Origin: Felis catus | Taxonomy: Eukaryota | DNA length: 64,000 nucleotides | Direction of reading: 5' to 3' | Assembly (NCBI RefSeq): GCF_018350175.1 | Contig: NC_058368.1 | Location: 73,782,001-73,846,000, forward strand | Part shown: positions 1 through 13,356 of the stretch, piece after piece | Numbering within the stretch: the first letter of the stretch is position 1 | How the letters are laid out: every line of letters begins with the position of its first letter | Notes under the pieces: model-generated | The model's database searches: none | The model's input: the letters and a program-made list of their open reading frames with translations, nothing else | What the model was told of the DNA's origin: nothing | Made by a program: the position numbers and the translations under genes

Positions 1-1050
1 CATTTGGTTGGGAAGTAGGATTAGGAACCCTGCTACAACAGAATCTAGAGTCTTCTTTTCCTTACCCTGGATCCTACAGGTTGAGTTTCTTAGCTTTGGG
101 TTATGTATCTCAACTTCTTTGTTTCCAGCTGATTTTTTGGGGGGTGGGTGCTGGATTTTACTATTTTTGAGGTAAAATGTGACATTTTGAGATCTGTTCC
201 TAGGCATCATTACTTTTTCTCTTGAGTATGGATCACATTTTCTTGTTTCTCCCCATGTCTAGGTTCTGTTTTCTTAAGTGCGTGCTGGACATTGTAAACT
301 ATGTTGCAGATTCCCTAATTAAGGAATCTTCCTCTGCAGAGGTTAATGCGGTTGACCCAAGTGGCGGTTGCCCCAGTGGGCAGTTAAATTATTGGTTTAT
401 TACATTGAGCTTACATGGGCTTTTTAACTGTGCAAGGATAAGCCTTTTGGTTTTGCACTTAGTCTAGTCTTCGGGTTTTATTCTTGAGGCATGGCCCTTC
501 TTCCACAAAAAGCCTGAGTTTTTGAGATTCACAAAACCCTCTCTAATTTTCAGGAATTCAAATCTAAAGCTGTGTCTTCTCTGGTGAGTAGGGGCTGAAA
601 TGTATGATCAGCTCTTTCTCTCTGCTTTCCTCTTTGGAGTCTTCCTTGCACCCGAGCTACTCAGGGGCCAGCCAATGATTTAGGGGAGATTACATGCAAT
701 TGGGGAATGTCCTTATATCTTCTTCTGGGATTTCTCCCCCAAGTTGTAGCTTCTCTGACAATTCGACACATTTTGCTTCGACATCTCAAGTATGTGTGGA
801 TTTCTGCTTTAATTCCACCACCGCATGCTGCATGGACTGATGGCTACCTTGAGGGGAAGAGCTTTGCAATCACAGATCTCACTCAGAGTGGTTCTCTTTT
901 ATCAAGGATCAAATACCTTCCAGTTTCGTCCTGCCTTTGGTGGCTATTCATTACCCTCAAATAGTTCTTTTTAACATTTTTTTGCCAGAATTTATAACTG
1001 ATATCTGTAAGAGGATGAATTCCCCATAAGCCACTTGCCATTACCAGAAA
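1..1050 (-). mobile_element. Old L1 (L1M-type) 5' region fragment
   Basis: T-rich degraded sequence ending ...tttgccagaatttataactgatatctgtaagagg...gccattaccagaaac, resembling the reverse complement of old L1M 5' ends (recalled consensus). Confidence 0.5.
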
Positions 1051-1269
1051 CGGTATTCTGTGATTCCATTTATTTAAAAACAGAACAAAATAAACTGCCA
1101 ACTTTGGGGTGGCATGCTTCGGTGGCAAAATATTAATGAAAAGCAAGGATGTGATTACCTTGCAAATCATAAGAGGTAGAGAATAGTGGTTGGGAGAACC
1201 CACAAAAGGGCTCTTCTGTGCTGGTGATGTTGTATTTCTTAACCTGAACAGTAGTTTATGAATGTTCAC

Positions 1270-1447
1270 CACTGAGTTGTGGTAGACTGGACACTAATTC
1301 TGTCATGAGAGCTCACCCTCCACCTAGGACCTCATTTAAACTGAATTACCTCACGAAGGACCCCCTCCAAATATCATCACATTGGGGGTTAGGGCTTCAA
1401 CATATGAGTGTAGGGGGGGGTGGAGACAAAAACTTAAATTCCATAAC
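1270..1447 (-). mobile_element. MaLR (MLT1-type) LTR fragment
   Basis: cctcatttaaactgaattacctc...ctccaaatatcatcacattgggggttagggcttcaacatatga...ccataac matches the MLT1 LTR terminus in reverse. Confidence 0.7.
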
Positions 1448-2672
1448 CCAAAGGCATAGACTGGTGAAAGGAAAAGAATGGAAGATATATCATACTACCT
1501 TGTGTAAGAAAGCTGGTGTGGCTCTATTAATATCATCTAAACTAAACTTAAGAAAAGGAGTCATATTATCAATAAAGGAAATATTGCATAACGGTGAAGA
1601 TTTTATTTGTTCTGGAGATGTAACAATCCTGAATGTATATACATCTACTAACAGCAGTTCAAAACATATGAGATAAATATAAAATGAAAGGAAGAAATAC
1701 AGAATCACACCTGGTAATTTTTAATATCTCTCTCAGTAATTAATTAATAGAACATGCAGCTAAAAATTAAGATTATAGAAGATTTGAGTAATATTATCAA
1801 CCACATTCACCTAATTGGCACTTTAAAATACTGGACCTGATAACAGCATAACACACATTTTTATTTCCTAGTGCATATGGAACGGTTACTAAGATCAGAT
1901 AACAGGACAAAAGATGTGTCAGTAAATATGAAAGATGAAATCCTCTGTAGTATGTCATCTAACCACAGGATAATGCCCATAAGAGAGCTAGAAAATTTCA
2001 AATATTTGGCAATGAAAAAAAAATCTAAATTATCCATGGGCCAAAGAAGAAACCACAAGAAATATTTAAAGCATTGTGAAGTGTACGCAATTGAAAACAC
2101 ACAGTATCAGAGATAGACTGTAGCAAAAACCGTGGAGTTACTAGCTTCGAATGCTCGCAATAAAGAGGAACAGTTTAAAACTAATGATCCAAGTTTTAAT
2201 ATTACAAAGATAAAAAAGAAAAATACTATAAGTTAAAGATATTTATGGAAGCGAATAAAACAATGGAGAAAACTAAATTGGTTTTTTGAAAAGATCAGTA
2301 AAATTGATAAATGGCTAGAATGTGTGATCAAGTTAGAAAGAAACTTGATGATAAACATCAGGAATGAAAGATACAATACCACCACTAATCCGATAGACAT
2401 TACAGGGATAATAATAAACAAATAGGAAAAATTTTAGGCCAATAAATCACACAACTTCGATGAAAGGGACATGTTCCTTAAACAACACTGCTTATCAAAC
2501 TAGTGCAAGAAAAAAAAATGAGAAAATATGATTAGCTTTATAGCTACTAAAGAAATTGAATTGGTAATCAAAATCTTCTCACAGAGAAAACTCCAGGCCC
2601 AAATGGTTCCACCGATGAATTATCTTCATTACTTAAAGAAACACTCTCCAAATATACTTTATGAAGCAAGAG
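1448..2672 (+). mobile_element. Old L1 ORF2 fragment (endonuclease to start of RT), degraded
   Basis: Translation KGKEWKIYH...KKAGVALLISSKLN...DVTILNVYTS matches the L1 endonuclease; aaactccaggcccaaatgg and tttatgaagcaag correspond to KSPGPDG and FYEAS; many stops/frameshifts. Confidence 0.85.
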
Positions 2673-2689
2673 TGAAAGTGGCAGTAATT

Positions 2690-3171
2690 TTCCTGTTTTG
2701 TAAAATTTTTTGTCAGGTTATTCATTTTACTTCTCTGCTATCTTTTTCCTCATCTCTTGAGATGGATATAGAACCCTTCTCTTCTAATATACACATTTTC
2801 ACATCTTTAGTTGCATTCTACAAGTTTTGATAGTTGCATTTTTAATATCAAAGAGTTAAACATTTTTCCAGTTTTAGTTTTAATTTCTTCTTTGATAACA
2901 GGATTTAATTAGAACTATCGATCATTAATTGACAAATATATGAAGTTTCCTACTTATAATTTCTAGAAATTGGTAGCTTGAATTATGGTTAAAGAAAGTA
3001 TTTGCGGGGGCCCCGGGTGGCTCAGTTGGTTAAGCATCTGACTTTGGCTCAGATCATGATCTCACAGTTCGTGATTTTGAGCCCCGCATTGGGCTCTGTG
3101 CTGACAGCTCAGAGCTTGGAGCCTGCTTTGGATTCTCCGTCTCCCTCTCTCTCTGCCCCTCCCATGCTCAT

Positions 3172-3219
<48 letters not shown>

Positions 3220-5400
3220 AAAAATAAACATTAAACAAATTAATTTAAAATAAAAATAAAAAGGAACATATTTGCTTTTATTTTAATTCTTTGAAATTTG
3301 TTGAGATTTATTTAATGAATTAGCATGTGTTTTATAAAAATGTATTTTCTGCATGTATAAGAATGTATTTTGAGCACAATGTTATTTGAATAACATTTGT
3401 TAATCACATTTTTCAGATCTTCTGTATTTCCACTATTTTTTGTCTACTTGTTCTTCTAATTATACAGAGGTATATTAAAATATCCTACGATAATTGTGAA
3501 TATACTTATGTTCTTAAACTCCTGTTAATTTTGGTTTTTATGTATTTTAAGCTATGTTATTAGATTATAGAAATTTTGAATTATATCTTCTTGATTATTT
3601 GAACCTTTCATTATTACAATGGCCTGTAGTGCTTTTTGTTATAAATTTTATCACATTTAATATGACTACAATAGACTTCTTAGTGCTTGCACAGCGTAGC
3701 TTTTGGTATCCTTTCATTTGTAACCTTTCTATTTCCTCATATTTAAGATGTCTTTCTTGAAGGCACTTATTCATCTTAAGTTTTATTTATTTGAAAATCA
3801 CTTTCTCTTACATTTAATGTAATTTATTATATACATGGGTTCAAATACTTAATTTTATTAAATGCTTTCTGTTTGAACACATACTCAATGTTCCTTTTTC
3901 TTTTTTCTCTTGCCTAATTATGGATTTATTATTTTCTATTATTACATTTTCCTTGTGTGTTAGATTGGGAGTGCTAACAAGTTATCATTATCATTTTGGT
4001 GGTCACAGTAGAAACTGACAACTGAGTTACCAAACACAATTTTCTTGTTACTTTTGTCCTATCCCCAGATAACGTAAGTAACCACCCTGACATACGCCAC
4101 TGATGTTGGGAATTTTATGTGTCTCTATCATAAATAAAGCATTATTTTCACCTGCATAGCCAGTATTCATTAGCCCTTAATATTTAATATATTTTATTGC
4201 TCTTTATTATTTTTTGCATTTCTAAGCATCCATCAGGCATGACTGTATTTCTGCCCCCAAATGGTACTTAACATTTTTCGTAGTGAGAGGCTTCTAGTAG
4301 AGAATCCTTTTAGTTTTGATCCGCTTCCCCATTCTTGAAGGCTACTTAAACTGGGTCTGAAATTCTATTTTGGCAGTTATTGTCTTTTAGCACCTGGAAG
4401 TTATAATTCCAATTGTTCTGAATTCCAATGCATTTGTTGAGAAATTATCTTTGAGTCCTACTGCTGATCCTTTGAAAATAATTTTTCTTTTTCCCCCTCA
4501 TCTGGCTGATTTTAATATTTTCTCTATCTTTGGTTGTCAGCATTTTATGATGTGCTTACATACACTTATATTTTTATTTATCTCGTTTGCTCTTCGTAGT
4601 CCTTTTGAATATGTTGTTTGATATCGTTCCTCAAGTTGGCAAACTATCAGCCATTGTTTTTGTGACCTTTCCTTCTGTCTGTCTGATCTTTTTTTCCCAG
4701 ACACAAATTACATATACTTTAAGGCTTCACATTGTGACTTCTGAGTTGCTTCCTGTCTTGTGTATTTTCTATAATCTTCTGTTTATTTTTTATTTTGAAT
4801 CTTTTCTTCTGGCCTATCCACAAGTTCACCAATACTCTCTTCATTTAATTGTCTTTATTCTGCTAAAGTCATTCATGTCTTTTTAATTTCAGTCATTGTA
4901 CCTTTTATTTCTGGAATTTTCTGATGATAAGTATCAATTTGGTTTGCATCTTATTGAAAACAGTAATAATACTTTTAAAAATACAAATTCTACAATATCT
5001 GGAACCACCATGGATCTGATTCTATCACCTGTTTTGTTTTTTTTTTTCTCCTACAGGGTTTCATTTAGGTTGTCCTCTGTCCTTGAGTTCTTGGTTATTT
5101 TTTATTATGCGTTGGACCCCAGTCACTGTATTCCCTCCCTAAAAAGCTGTCACATGTGCAACTAATCCTTTGCACTCTCCTCCAGAATTCTAAGGACCTT
5201 GGGAAAAATGTCCCTCCATGCTTGCTTAAACTCCTCTTATCTATATTTCCTATCTTATTAGCTTTTATATTTTCAGTTTCAAAAAAAGGTGTTCACACCT
5301 ATTTTAATCTTTCTGGGATGTTGGCTGAAGTTGTTGACTCTGTGGTAACTTTGGTACTTTTATGTTGATAAATTACCAAGTATTTATTTAGTCTTCTTTT
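2690..5400 (-). mobile_element. Old L1M fragment(s) (ORF2 5' end/ORF1 region), interrupted by a SINE
   Basis: Strong T-skew and antisense-L1-like motifs (ttcagatcttctgtatttccact, ggtatattaaaatatcctacgataattgtgaa, gaacctttcattatta). Confidence 0.65.
3005..3262 (+). mobile_element. Can-SINE (tRNA-derived)
   Basis: gggggccccgggtggctcagttggttaagc head, (CT)n, AATAAA and A-rich tail. Confidence 0.95.
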
Positions 5401-5425
5401 TCATTCTTTTCTCTCTCTCTCTCTC

Positions 5426-5619
5426 TCTTTTAAGTTTATTCATTTGAGAGAGCGAGCGAGCAGGGGAGGGGGCAGAGAGAGAGGGAGAGAGAATCCCAAG
5501 CAGGCTCCGCACTGTCAGCACAGAGCCCAACGTGGGGCTCAATCTCATGAACTGTGAGATCACGACCTGAGCCAAAATCAAGAGTCTGTTGCTTAACCGA
5601 CTGAGCCGCCCAGGCACTC
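5426..5619 (-). mobile_element. Can-SINE
   Basis: Reverse-complement SINE ending gcttaaccgactgagccgcccaggcac. Confidence 0.95.
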
Positions 5620-7988
5620 TTTGTTCTTCTCTTTTATTGGTTGACATTTATATGTGAATTTATTTCTGTGAATGAATTAGTCAATTTTGAATTGGTAATT
5701 CACATGCAAACTTTATTTCAAAACTACTGTGGCAGCCTGTTGTACTAGAAAGTACCATCTCAGACCTGATGTTATGGTTAATTGCTGTCTGCTGTCTTTC
5801 ACTCTTATCAATGCATTTCGCTTCATGCTCATGCAGTCACTAAAAATTATAGACACGACTGGATTTAGATCTTATTTTATCCTATCCTATTTGTTGGACA
5901 GAATTGGAGGTGGTTATTGCATATCTTGAGGAAGATTTATCTTTTCGAACTACTCTTCTCTCACCCTCAAAGATGAGCTCATACGGGATGCCTGATTTCA
6001 GTCTGGCAATGGACAGGAAAGAGGGGTTGGATATGGAAACTTCTCACTTTTATTATGAGTTGATCGTCTAGTCTTCTTACTATGTCATCCACCAGTAAGC
6101 TTGTCTATAAAATGCATTCATATGAATGACCCACAGTAAGAAACCATCATTCTCAAGGTTTCTACAAAGAAACATGAGAGAAATAAAGAGGAATACGATA
6201 TGTAACTCAATGCTACAGAGAGCAAACATTTTAATTTTTATGCATTAACTGTACTAAATGTTGTCACTATTGCCAACCCCTCTGGCATTTGGGACATGCT
6301 ATTGAATCTAATTATAGAGCGACAGAAGCTGATGATACTGTGTAAGAAAGCCTTGTTAAAAAACATTGTTGAGTTCTGGTAAAATGTATACTTTCAAAAA
6401 TCAATGGATGTCAATTCCCATAAAGAGATGTGAAGGCACCACGAAGGCACCACAGTTTACTCACACGTGGGCTTGATTTTCCTGTGGCGGATCTTGTTTC
6501 CACAGGCAGAAAACCTCATTGATTTGGAAGTCGTCCATCAGAATGCCCTTCCCAGTTCCTGAGGACCTAATAGAAAGAGCAGCACTTCTTCGATGTGGTA
6601 AGAACTCCAAAAAATCTGTGCCACATCTTGAAGAATATTACTCTGGAATTTTGGACTGTCTGGAAAGTTGCTGCAACATCAATAAATGTTTAAATATTTA
6701 ACTATAATTTATTCCATCTGGCTCACTGAGGATTATCTTAACATTTGATAATTATTGAGGAGAGCATTTTGAATTTTTGTTGCACGTGTGGCAGGATGAT
6801 TTCTGAGATACTAATTTTTTCTGTTTCTGCTGTAAGAATTCTAACTTTATTCCAAGCAGTTGGTCACTTTTTGGGTTTCTATACATCAGGAAGTGGTAGA
6901 GAACTTGTACTGCTAAGTAGGAACATAGGTGATAGCCATGTGAAGGAAGGTAAAATAAATGGCCTGGGCCCATTTTGTCTATGGATCTCGCCTTTTACCT
7001 TGTTTTCTCAAGGCAAGTCTTAGGATTGACGGTATTCCTTTCTTTCGGCATGCTTTCTCCTTGGGCTCAGCCTTCCCTGGCTTTTTGAAAAAACAGAAGG
7101 CAACGATTAGATTAGGTACATATCAGAACAGAGCTGAGGAGACGCATTGAGCTGTTTTAGATGAAAGGTTATGGAACAAAATGTTGAAGAGATACAACGT
7201 GATTAATGTAATTTTGTATATCTTTGTGTTTTGTGGTGTGACCCTCCCCCTCTGTCCCCACCTCATCAGGCCTTTTTGGAGTTGGTTGTAGATATTATTG
7301 ATAACTGATCAACGCTACAATACAGAATCTTGGTCATTCCTATCTATATTCATCTGAAGGAATGAATAACACACCATCCTCCTCTGCCCCTCTCCATCAG
7401 TGACCGCCAAGATAATGGGCAAACCAAAAACTGCAAACTCATAAAAACTTAGAAAACGAAACAAAAGCTGAAGTCAGTGACAGATGACTGTTACAAAATC
7501 CAGCCAGAGAGGTCAGAACTATTTATGATCTGAGCTTCTGACTTGCCCGGGTTTTTGATTCTGAACTTTACCTAGCCAACCTTGGCCCAGCATACCTACT
7601 GATGACCTTATTTCCTTCCTTGACATTTGATCATTCTAACACCTCTACCGCTAGAGGTAGAGAACAGTTCGTGGGATCCCATGAACTTAACTCACTGGGG
7701 TGTCTAATTGTAGAAGTTAAGGCTTAACATATGAGAACTCTAGGAACTCACTGAGCAGAATTAAATTCATGGTGAGGTTGATTTTGTATTTATTCCTGAG
7801 AGTTGCCCCTAACAAAGGAGAGGAAGACAGGTTCTCATCAAGGGCTAACGGGGAGGGATGGCAGGTAGGATTCTTTCCTGGCTGGAGAGGGCCAAAGGGT
7901 GTCAAAGTCATGTCTGTCCTGACTGGTGCTGTTCTCCTGTCTAGCCTTGCCTATCATGGCTTGGGACTGTTTAAGAGATTTCTTCATT

Positions 7989-8206
7989 AACATTTTTTTT
8001 TAATGTTTTATTTATTTTTGAGAGACAGAGAGACAGAGTATGAGCAGGGGAGGAGCAGAGAGAGAAGGAGACACAGAATCCAAAGCAGGCTCCAGGCTTT
8101 GAGCTGTCAGCACAGAGCCCAACACGGGGCTCGAACTCATGAACCGTAAGATCATGACCTAAGCCAAAGTCGGACGCTCAACCTGGCTGAGTCACCCAGG
8201 CGCCAC
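7989..8206 (-). mobile_element. Can-SINE with 12-bp TSD
   Basis: TSD gatttcttcatt at 7977-7988 and 8208-8219. Confidence 0.95.
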
Positions 8207-8997
8207 TGATTTCTTCATTTTTATTGGGAGTCCTGGGTTTAACTATTGTGCTCATTTTCCAACATAAGCTTTTTTCCTGCACTGTTCTGGCTTCTGTCCT
8301 TTAGTCTCGGGTTGAGATAAATTTGATCTTTATAGCCTGGGGTAGATCTTACCACTTAGATGAATTCTTTACAGAGGTTGGGTAGGTAGATAGATAGACG
8401 GATAGATAGATATCCATTGCCTCTATATGGAAGTTAGGAATTGAAGATAAACCTATGCTAGGATTCACCTGCTCATGGAGTATGCCGTCAGTGGAGAATT
8501 TTGATGAGGTCCCCTGCATGTGGTCTTGTCTTCTGGTTTGCTTGTGCTGGAGTTTATAAACCTTCCAAAGACTAACACCTTAAATCAACCCACAAGAGAA
8601 TGATGTCTGAACATAATGGCAAGCTGTTACTGACAATGGAGAAAATATATTTCCAGTGGCCTCAAGCCAATGCCTCCTTTACAGTATCAGGGTAACTCAG
8701 GGGTACTCAAAATTCTACTTTTCGATATTGTACAAAGAGAAAGAGATCACCTTGAGGACTGTTTTTTTCCAGGCTCTGGAAAATCCAAGGCACTCTCACT
8801 GCCTTTCATATTTTCTGGCTCTAGAAAGAAGCAGAGTGTTCCTGCCTTGATTTCAGTATTGCTTTTTTTCTGAATCATTCTTGACAAACACTGGAAAATT
8901 TCTCTGCTTTGCACTTGTCTATCTTTGGTCCCTTGATGTTCACAGTTCTGTAGAATAAGAATTCCATCGATTACACAAAATTTTCTTGATGCCCAGT

Positions 8998-9469
8998 TGT
9001 GATGGTTAATTTTATGTGTCAGTTTGAGTGGACCACGGGTACCCAGATTAAATATTGTTTCTGGCTGTATCTGTGAAGGTGTTTCTGGATGGGATTTGCA
9101 TTTGAATAGGTGGACTCAGCAGGGTTGACTGCCCTCCCCTGTGTGTGGGTGGGCATCTTCCAAGTGTTTGAGAGCCTGAATGGAACAAAAGGCAGAGGAA
9201 GGAAGAATTCATCCTTTTTTTTTCCTGCCTCAAGTAATTAAACTGGGTCCATCTCATCTTAATTTCTCCTGCTCTCAAAATGGGATTCACAGGCTTTTGG
9301 ACTGAGGCTTTTGGACTCAGACTCAATTATCCCCCTGGCTTTCCTGGGTCTCCCACTTGCAGATGGCAGACCTTGGGACTTCTCAGCCAATTCCTTGTAA
9401 CGTCTCTCTGTCCTGGTTTTCTTTCGGGGGCGGGGGGGGGGGGGGAAATGTGGTCCTGACTAATGTACA
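8998..9469 (+). mobile_element. MLT2 (ERVL) solo LTR, MLT2B-like
   Basis: Starts TGTGATGGTTAATTTTATGTGTCA, contains gaaggtgtttctggatg and gcctgaatggaacaaaaggcagagg, ends cctgactaatgtaCA. Confidence 0.9.
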
Positions 9470-10094
9470 AGTCAAGTTTTTACTGGGCTAAGTACTGGTT
9501 CTTCAGAATTCTACCTAGAAACATTAAAACTTGCCTTTCCCCTGACGTGTTTATTCAGTAATATAATTCATAGGAGATACCTTAATTTTAGATTTTAGGT
9601 GAGCATTTCCTAATTCCATAAGTTGCATTTATAAATTACTGTACACATAAAAAACATATCAATACACATTTCATAACAAATATCCCCAAAGAATCTTTTT
9701 TTTTTTTTTACCTAAAAATATCTAAGTTACTTTCTCCAAAGAAGAGGGGAAGGAGATCATTCCTTTGAAATAGAAATTCTGTTTGTGTCACTGACAGGCT
9801 TTCTTGCAATAAAGCTGGGATACACTTAATTATTGGAGGAACCAGCATATTTCCCATCCTAAGGTAGTAAGTAAAGAATAACCAGGGTTGGTTTTATCTT
9901 TGGAGGACTGTATAGAGCAACGCACACAGGCCTGCCCTGGTCTTAGCAGTGACACTAATGTGTGTAGGAGGAGTCAGAGCAAGGTTGTTGCCAGATGCCC
10001 CTGGATAGTGTTAAGAGCAAATTCCCAGGAGCCAGAGTTGGAAGCACTGGCAGTTGAAAAGAACACATAGGGATATAGTTAAAAAAAAAAAGGG

Positions 10095-11890
10095 GAAAAC
10101 TTGAGATTTCTCAAAAAATTAAAAATAGAACTACCGTGTAATTCAGCAATCCCACTCTGGGTGTGTATCCCAAAGAACTGAAAAAAAGATCTCAAAAATA
10201 TATTTGTACACCCATGTCATTGCAGCATTATTCACAATAGCTGAGAGGTAAAATCAAGCTAAATGTCCATCGATGAATGAATAGATAGAGAAAAGATAGC
10301 ATATACAGTAAAACCTTGGCTTGCAAGTAACGTGTTCTGTGAATGTTCCACAAGAAGAGCAAACATTTCTAATAAATTTTAACTTGATAAAGAAGCGATG
10401 TCTTACAATATGAGCCAATGGTTCTTCTCTCTAACTCTCTCTCTCTAAGGGATTGTGGGTGATCGTCTCCCATGCTCGGATGCTTGGTTTTAGGCTACAG
10501 CGTTTGGCAGAAATCAGTGATTTCTCAGGACATTGGAAGGTGCCCACAACTGATACTAGTGTATTTTTTGTCACTTCAAAGCACCTATGGACAGTCTTTG
10601 CTTTTCCGTACAAGAGTGGGCTTAGGAATGCTTTGCTTCATTCTAGGTCAGGCTGCCTGCAGATAGAGACCATTTCCTCTGCTGCCTTATTGCCACTTAC
10701 ATTCAATACAGTACATGACAAGAGTCTGTTAATACTGCACTGTAGTCAAGTCCATGTGCGTGTATACAATGGCGCCCATGCAGAAAAAGGTTGGAAAGAA
10801 AGGCAGTAATAAGATGATTACAGTAGAAGTTAAGAAGGAAATCATCGAAAAGTACGAATGAGGTATGGAGTGGCCGAAATTGCAAGATTTTATAAGAAAC
10901 CTACATCTGTATCTCGTCTGCAAAGGAGGAGAAAAAGGAGGAGGAATCCCTTCAAATCACTTCAGATGAGATTAGGGAGACGCGTAAAATGTGGGAAACT
11001 GAAAAACTTTGTGGAAAAGCACTACCCGAGTAAAGCTTTAGCAGTGATAGTGATGAACCTGTTTAATGACAATGCAGTGTCACACTTCCGCGAAATCTCA
11101 AAAGGAGGCAATAGCAAGTGTCATTGGATAGGTTCCTTGTTAACGTTGCAAGAAAAGAAAAAGATTGCATTGAGCCAAGAGATATCAGTGATTCCATTAG
11201 TGGTAGTGAAAATCCTCCCACACGATAACCCTCCTCTCTCTTGTCTCCCTCACACTAGCCACAAAGGTTTTCAAAGGGAAATGTAGGTTAATTTGTTTCT
11301 TTTTCCTTATACTTTGTATTTATCTTAATATTTTGTATTATAGTACAGTATTGCAATCATTTTACATGAATATTTTTGGGTTGTGGAATGAATCATCTGA
11401 GTTTCCATTATTTCTTATGGGGAAATTCGCTTTGATGTACAAGTGTTTTGGATTACAAGCATGTTTCCAGAAGAAATTATGCTTGCAAACCAAGGTTTTA
11501 CTGTACATAGAATGGAATATCATTCATCTTCAAAAAAGAAAGAAATCCTGTCACAGGCTCCAACATGGATGAGCCTTTAAGATGTTATACTTAGTGAAAT
11601 AAGCCAGTCATCAGAAGACAAATACTGCATGATTACAGTTACACGAGGTATCTGAAGTAGTCAACACTTATAAACGGAAAATAGAATGGGGGTTGCCAGG
11701 GGCTAGGGAAAGTGAAAATGGGGAGTTGATACTCAATGAGCGTAGGGCTTCATTTTTGCAAAAGACAAGTTTCTAGAGATGTGTTGCACAATAATGCACC
11801 TGTAGTTAACCACTAATGTACTGTTCCCTTAAAACTGGAAGAGATGGTACATTTTTATGGTATGTGTTTTTTTACCACAACTGAAAAAAA
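10095..11890 (+). mobile_element. L1 3' end (L1MA/L1MB-type), split by a Tigger insertion
   Basis: ctcaaaaaattaaaaatagaactacc...cagcaatcccact...; resumes after 11505 with catagaatggaatat...agtgaaataagccagtca...ttttaccacaa and an A tail. Confidence 0.9.
10306..11503 (+). mobile_element. TcMar-Tigger DNA transposon, internally deleted (1198 bp)
   Basis: TIRs cagtaaaaccttgg(c/t)ttgcaag at both ends; TA TSDs at 10304-10305 and 11504-11505; remnants of transposase N-terminal HTH (ITVEVKKEIIEKYE*GMGVAEIARFY) and C-terminus (NFVEKHYP..MNLFNDNAVSHFREI). Confidence 0.92.
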
Positions 11891-13127
11891 GTCTCTGATC
11901 ACATGGCTTTTTCTCAGCTCTAGATGTAGTGAAGACACTCCTTACCCTCCTTGGGAACTCTGCACTGTTCCCCTTGATCCACACCTGTTCTTGACCTTGC
12001 TCTCATTTTCATACCAATGTTCATGTCTGTGGTTCTCAGTTCACCCAGCTGGGCTTCCTCAAAGGTACAAGTTCTTTCCAAGGCTTCAAGGACAAAGTCA
12101 AAAGAGGTCAAAAGAAAGATGTCAAAAGAAAGATGGAAAGGGTTGTTTCTTATGGGACAGGTGGAAACAGGTCCCTTTCAAAGTCGCTTCCCAGTCTTTG
12201 CCCCATTTTCTTGTTCTTTGTCAGTAAGTCAACTTCAGTGATGGCTTTTGAGTGGAAACGTAGGTACAAACTTGGGGGTGATATGTACAATCACCTATAC
12301 TTGGACCAGAGCTGTCTAAATGGGGGAGAAGATGCTAGAGAGTGTATTAAAACTTGGGGTAGTAAACTCAGTAACCTTTAAAGTTTTTTCAACCTCTGAG
12401 ATTCTATTATTCCCCCAAACCGATTTATCTCTTATTGTTATAAGCACAGGCTTTTGTGACCTGTTTACTCAAGATGTCTCTGTTGACATTTTATATTTTT
12501 CTAAATGTCACACTATTATCAATTATATATGAAGCTCCCATTAATTTATATGGTGGAGAATTTGTCCAAAGTAAGAGAATTCCATATATTTTTGAGATTT
12601 TGAAACTTTTGATTTATATGAAGTATTAAATTACCATAATTTACTATGATAACTTCCCATTTCTGCACTGTCTTCTGACTCAGAAAGTGAAAGAGGCCTT
12701 TGGCTATGTTTTAGTTCAACGACCTTAAAAAAATATTAGTGAAGTCTTAGCTTTGGTATCAGAATGCTGCCTAGGGACAAACAGCTCTTCTCAATAATTT
12801 TACTTGTTTTAACACTGTAATTTATTGGCAACAATTACACTGAGCCAAACTTCCCCTGATGTACTGCACCAAATTAAGTGGGACACAAACACTGAGACCA
12901 GATGACCACAGCTTCTGTTATTCATAGTGGAAGGTGATTTCTTGAAGATGGACATCTCTTTGTATCCCATGTAGTTGAAATTTAAATCATGACATATTTG
13001 CTAGAAGTCCCAGCCACCAAGAAGAGGGAACAGGCAGTATCCTTTTTAGAGAATGGGGGTTTGAGCGCCTCCAAATTAATCTCTTATGTTTTAAGTATTC
13101 TCATTTTATGCAAATAGAAAAATGGAT

Positions 13128-13356
13128 ATATTTTTATGTTTATTTTAGTTTTTGAGAGAGGGAGAGAGAGAGAGAGAGCACATGCACACACGCACATGAG
13201 TGAGGGAAGGTCAGAGAGAGGAGATGGGATCTGAAGCAGGCTCTGTGCTGTCAGTGCAAAGCCCCATGTGGGGCTTGATCCCATGAACTGTGAGATCACG
13301 ACCTGAGCCGAAATCAAGACTCAGACACTTAATTGACTGAGCCACCCAGGTGCCCC
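13128..13356 (-). mobile_element. Can-SINE
   Basis: Ends actgagccacccaggtgcccc; degenerate TSD aaaatggatat/aaaattgatat. Confidence 0.95.

Noticed and set aside
1448..5400. Opposed L1 fragments as a twin-priming inversion
   Set aside because: Both pieces appear to cover overlapping ORF2 5' sequence, which fits two separate old insertions; too degraded to say more
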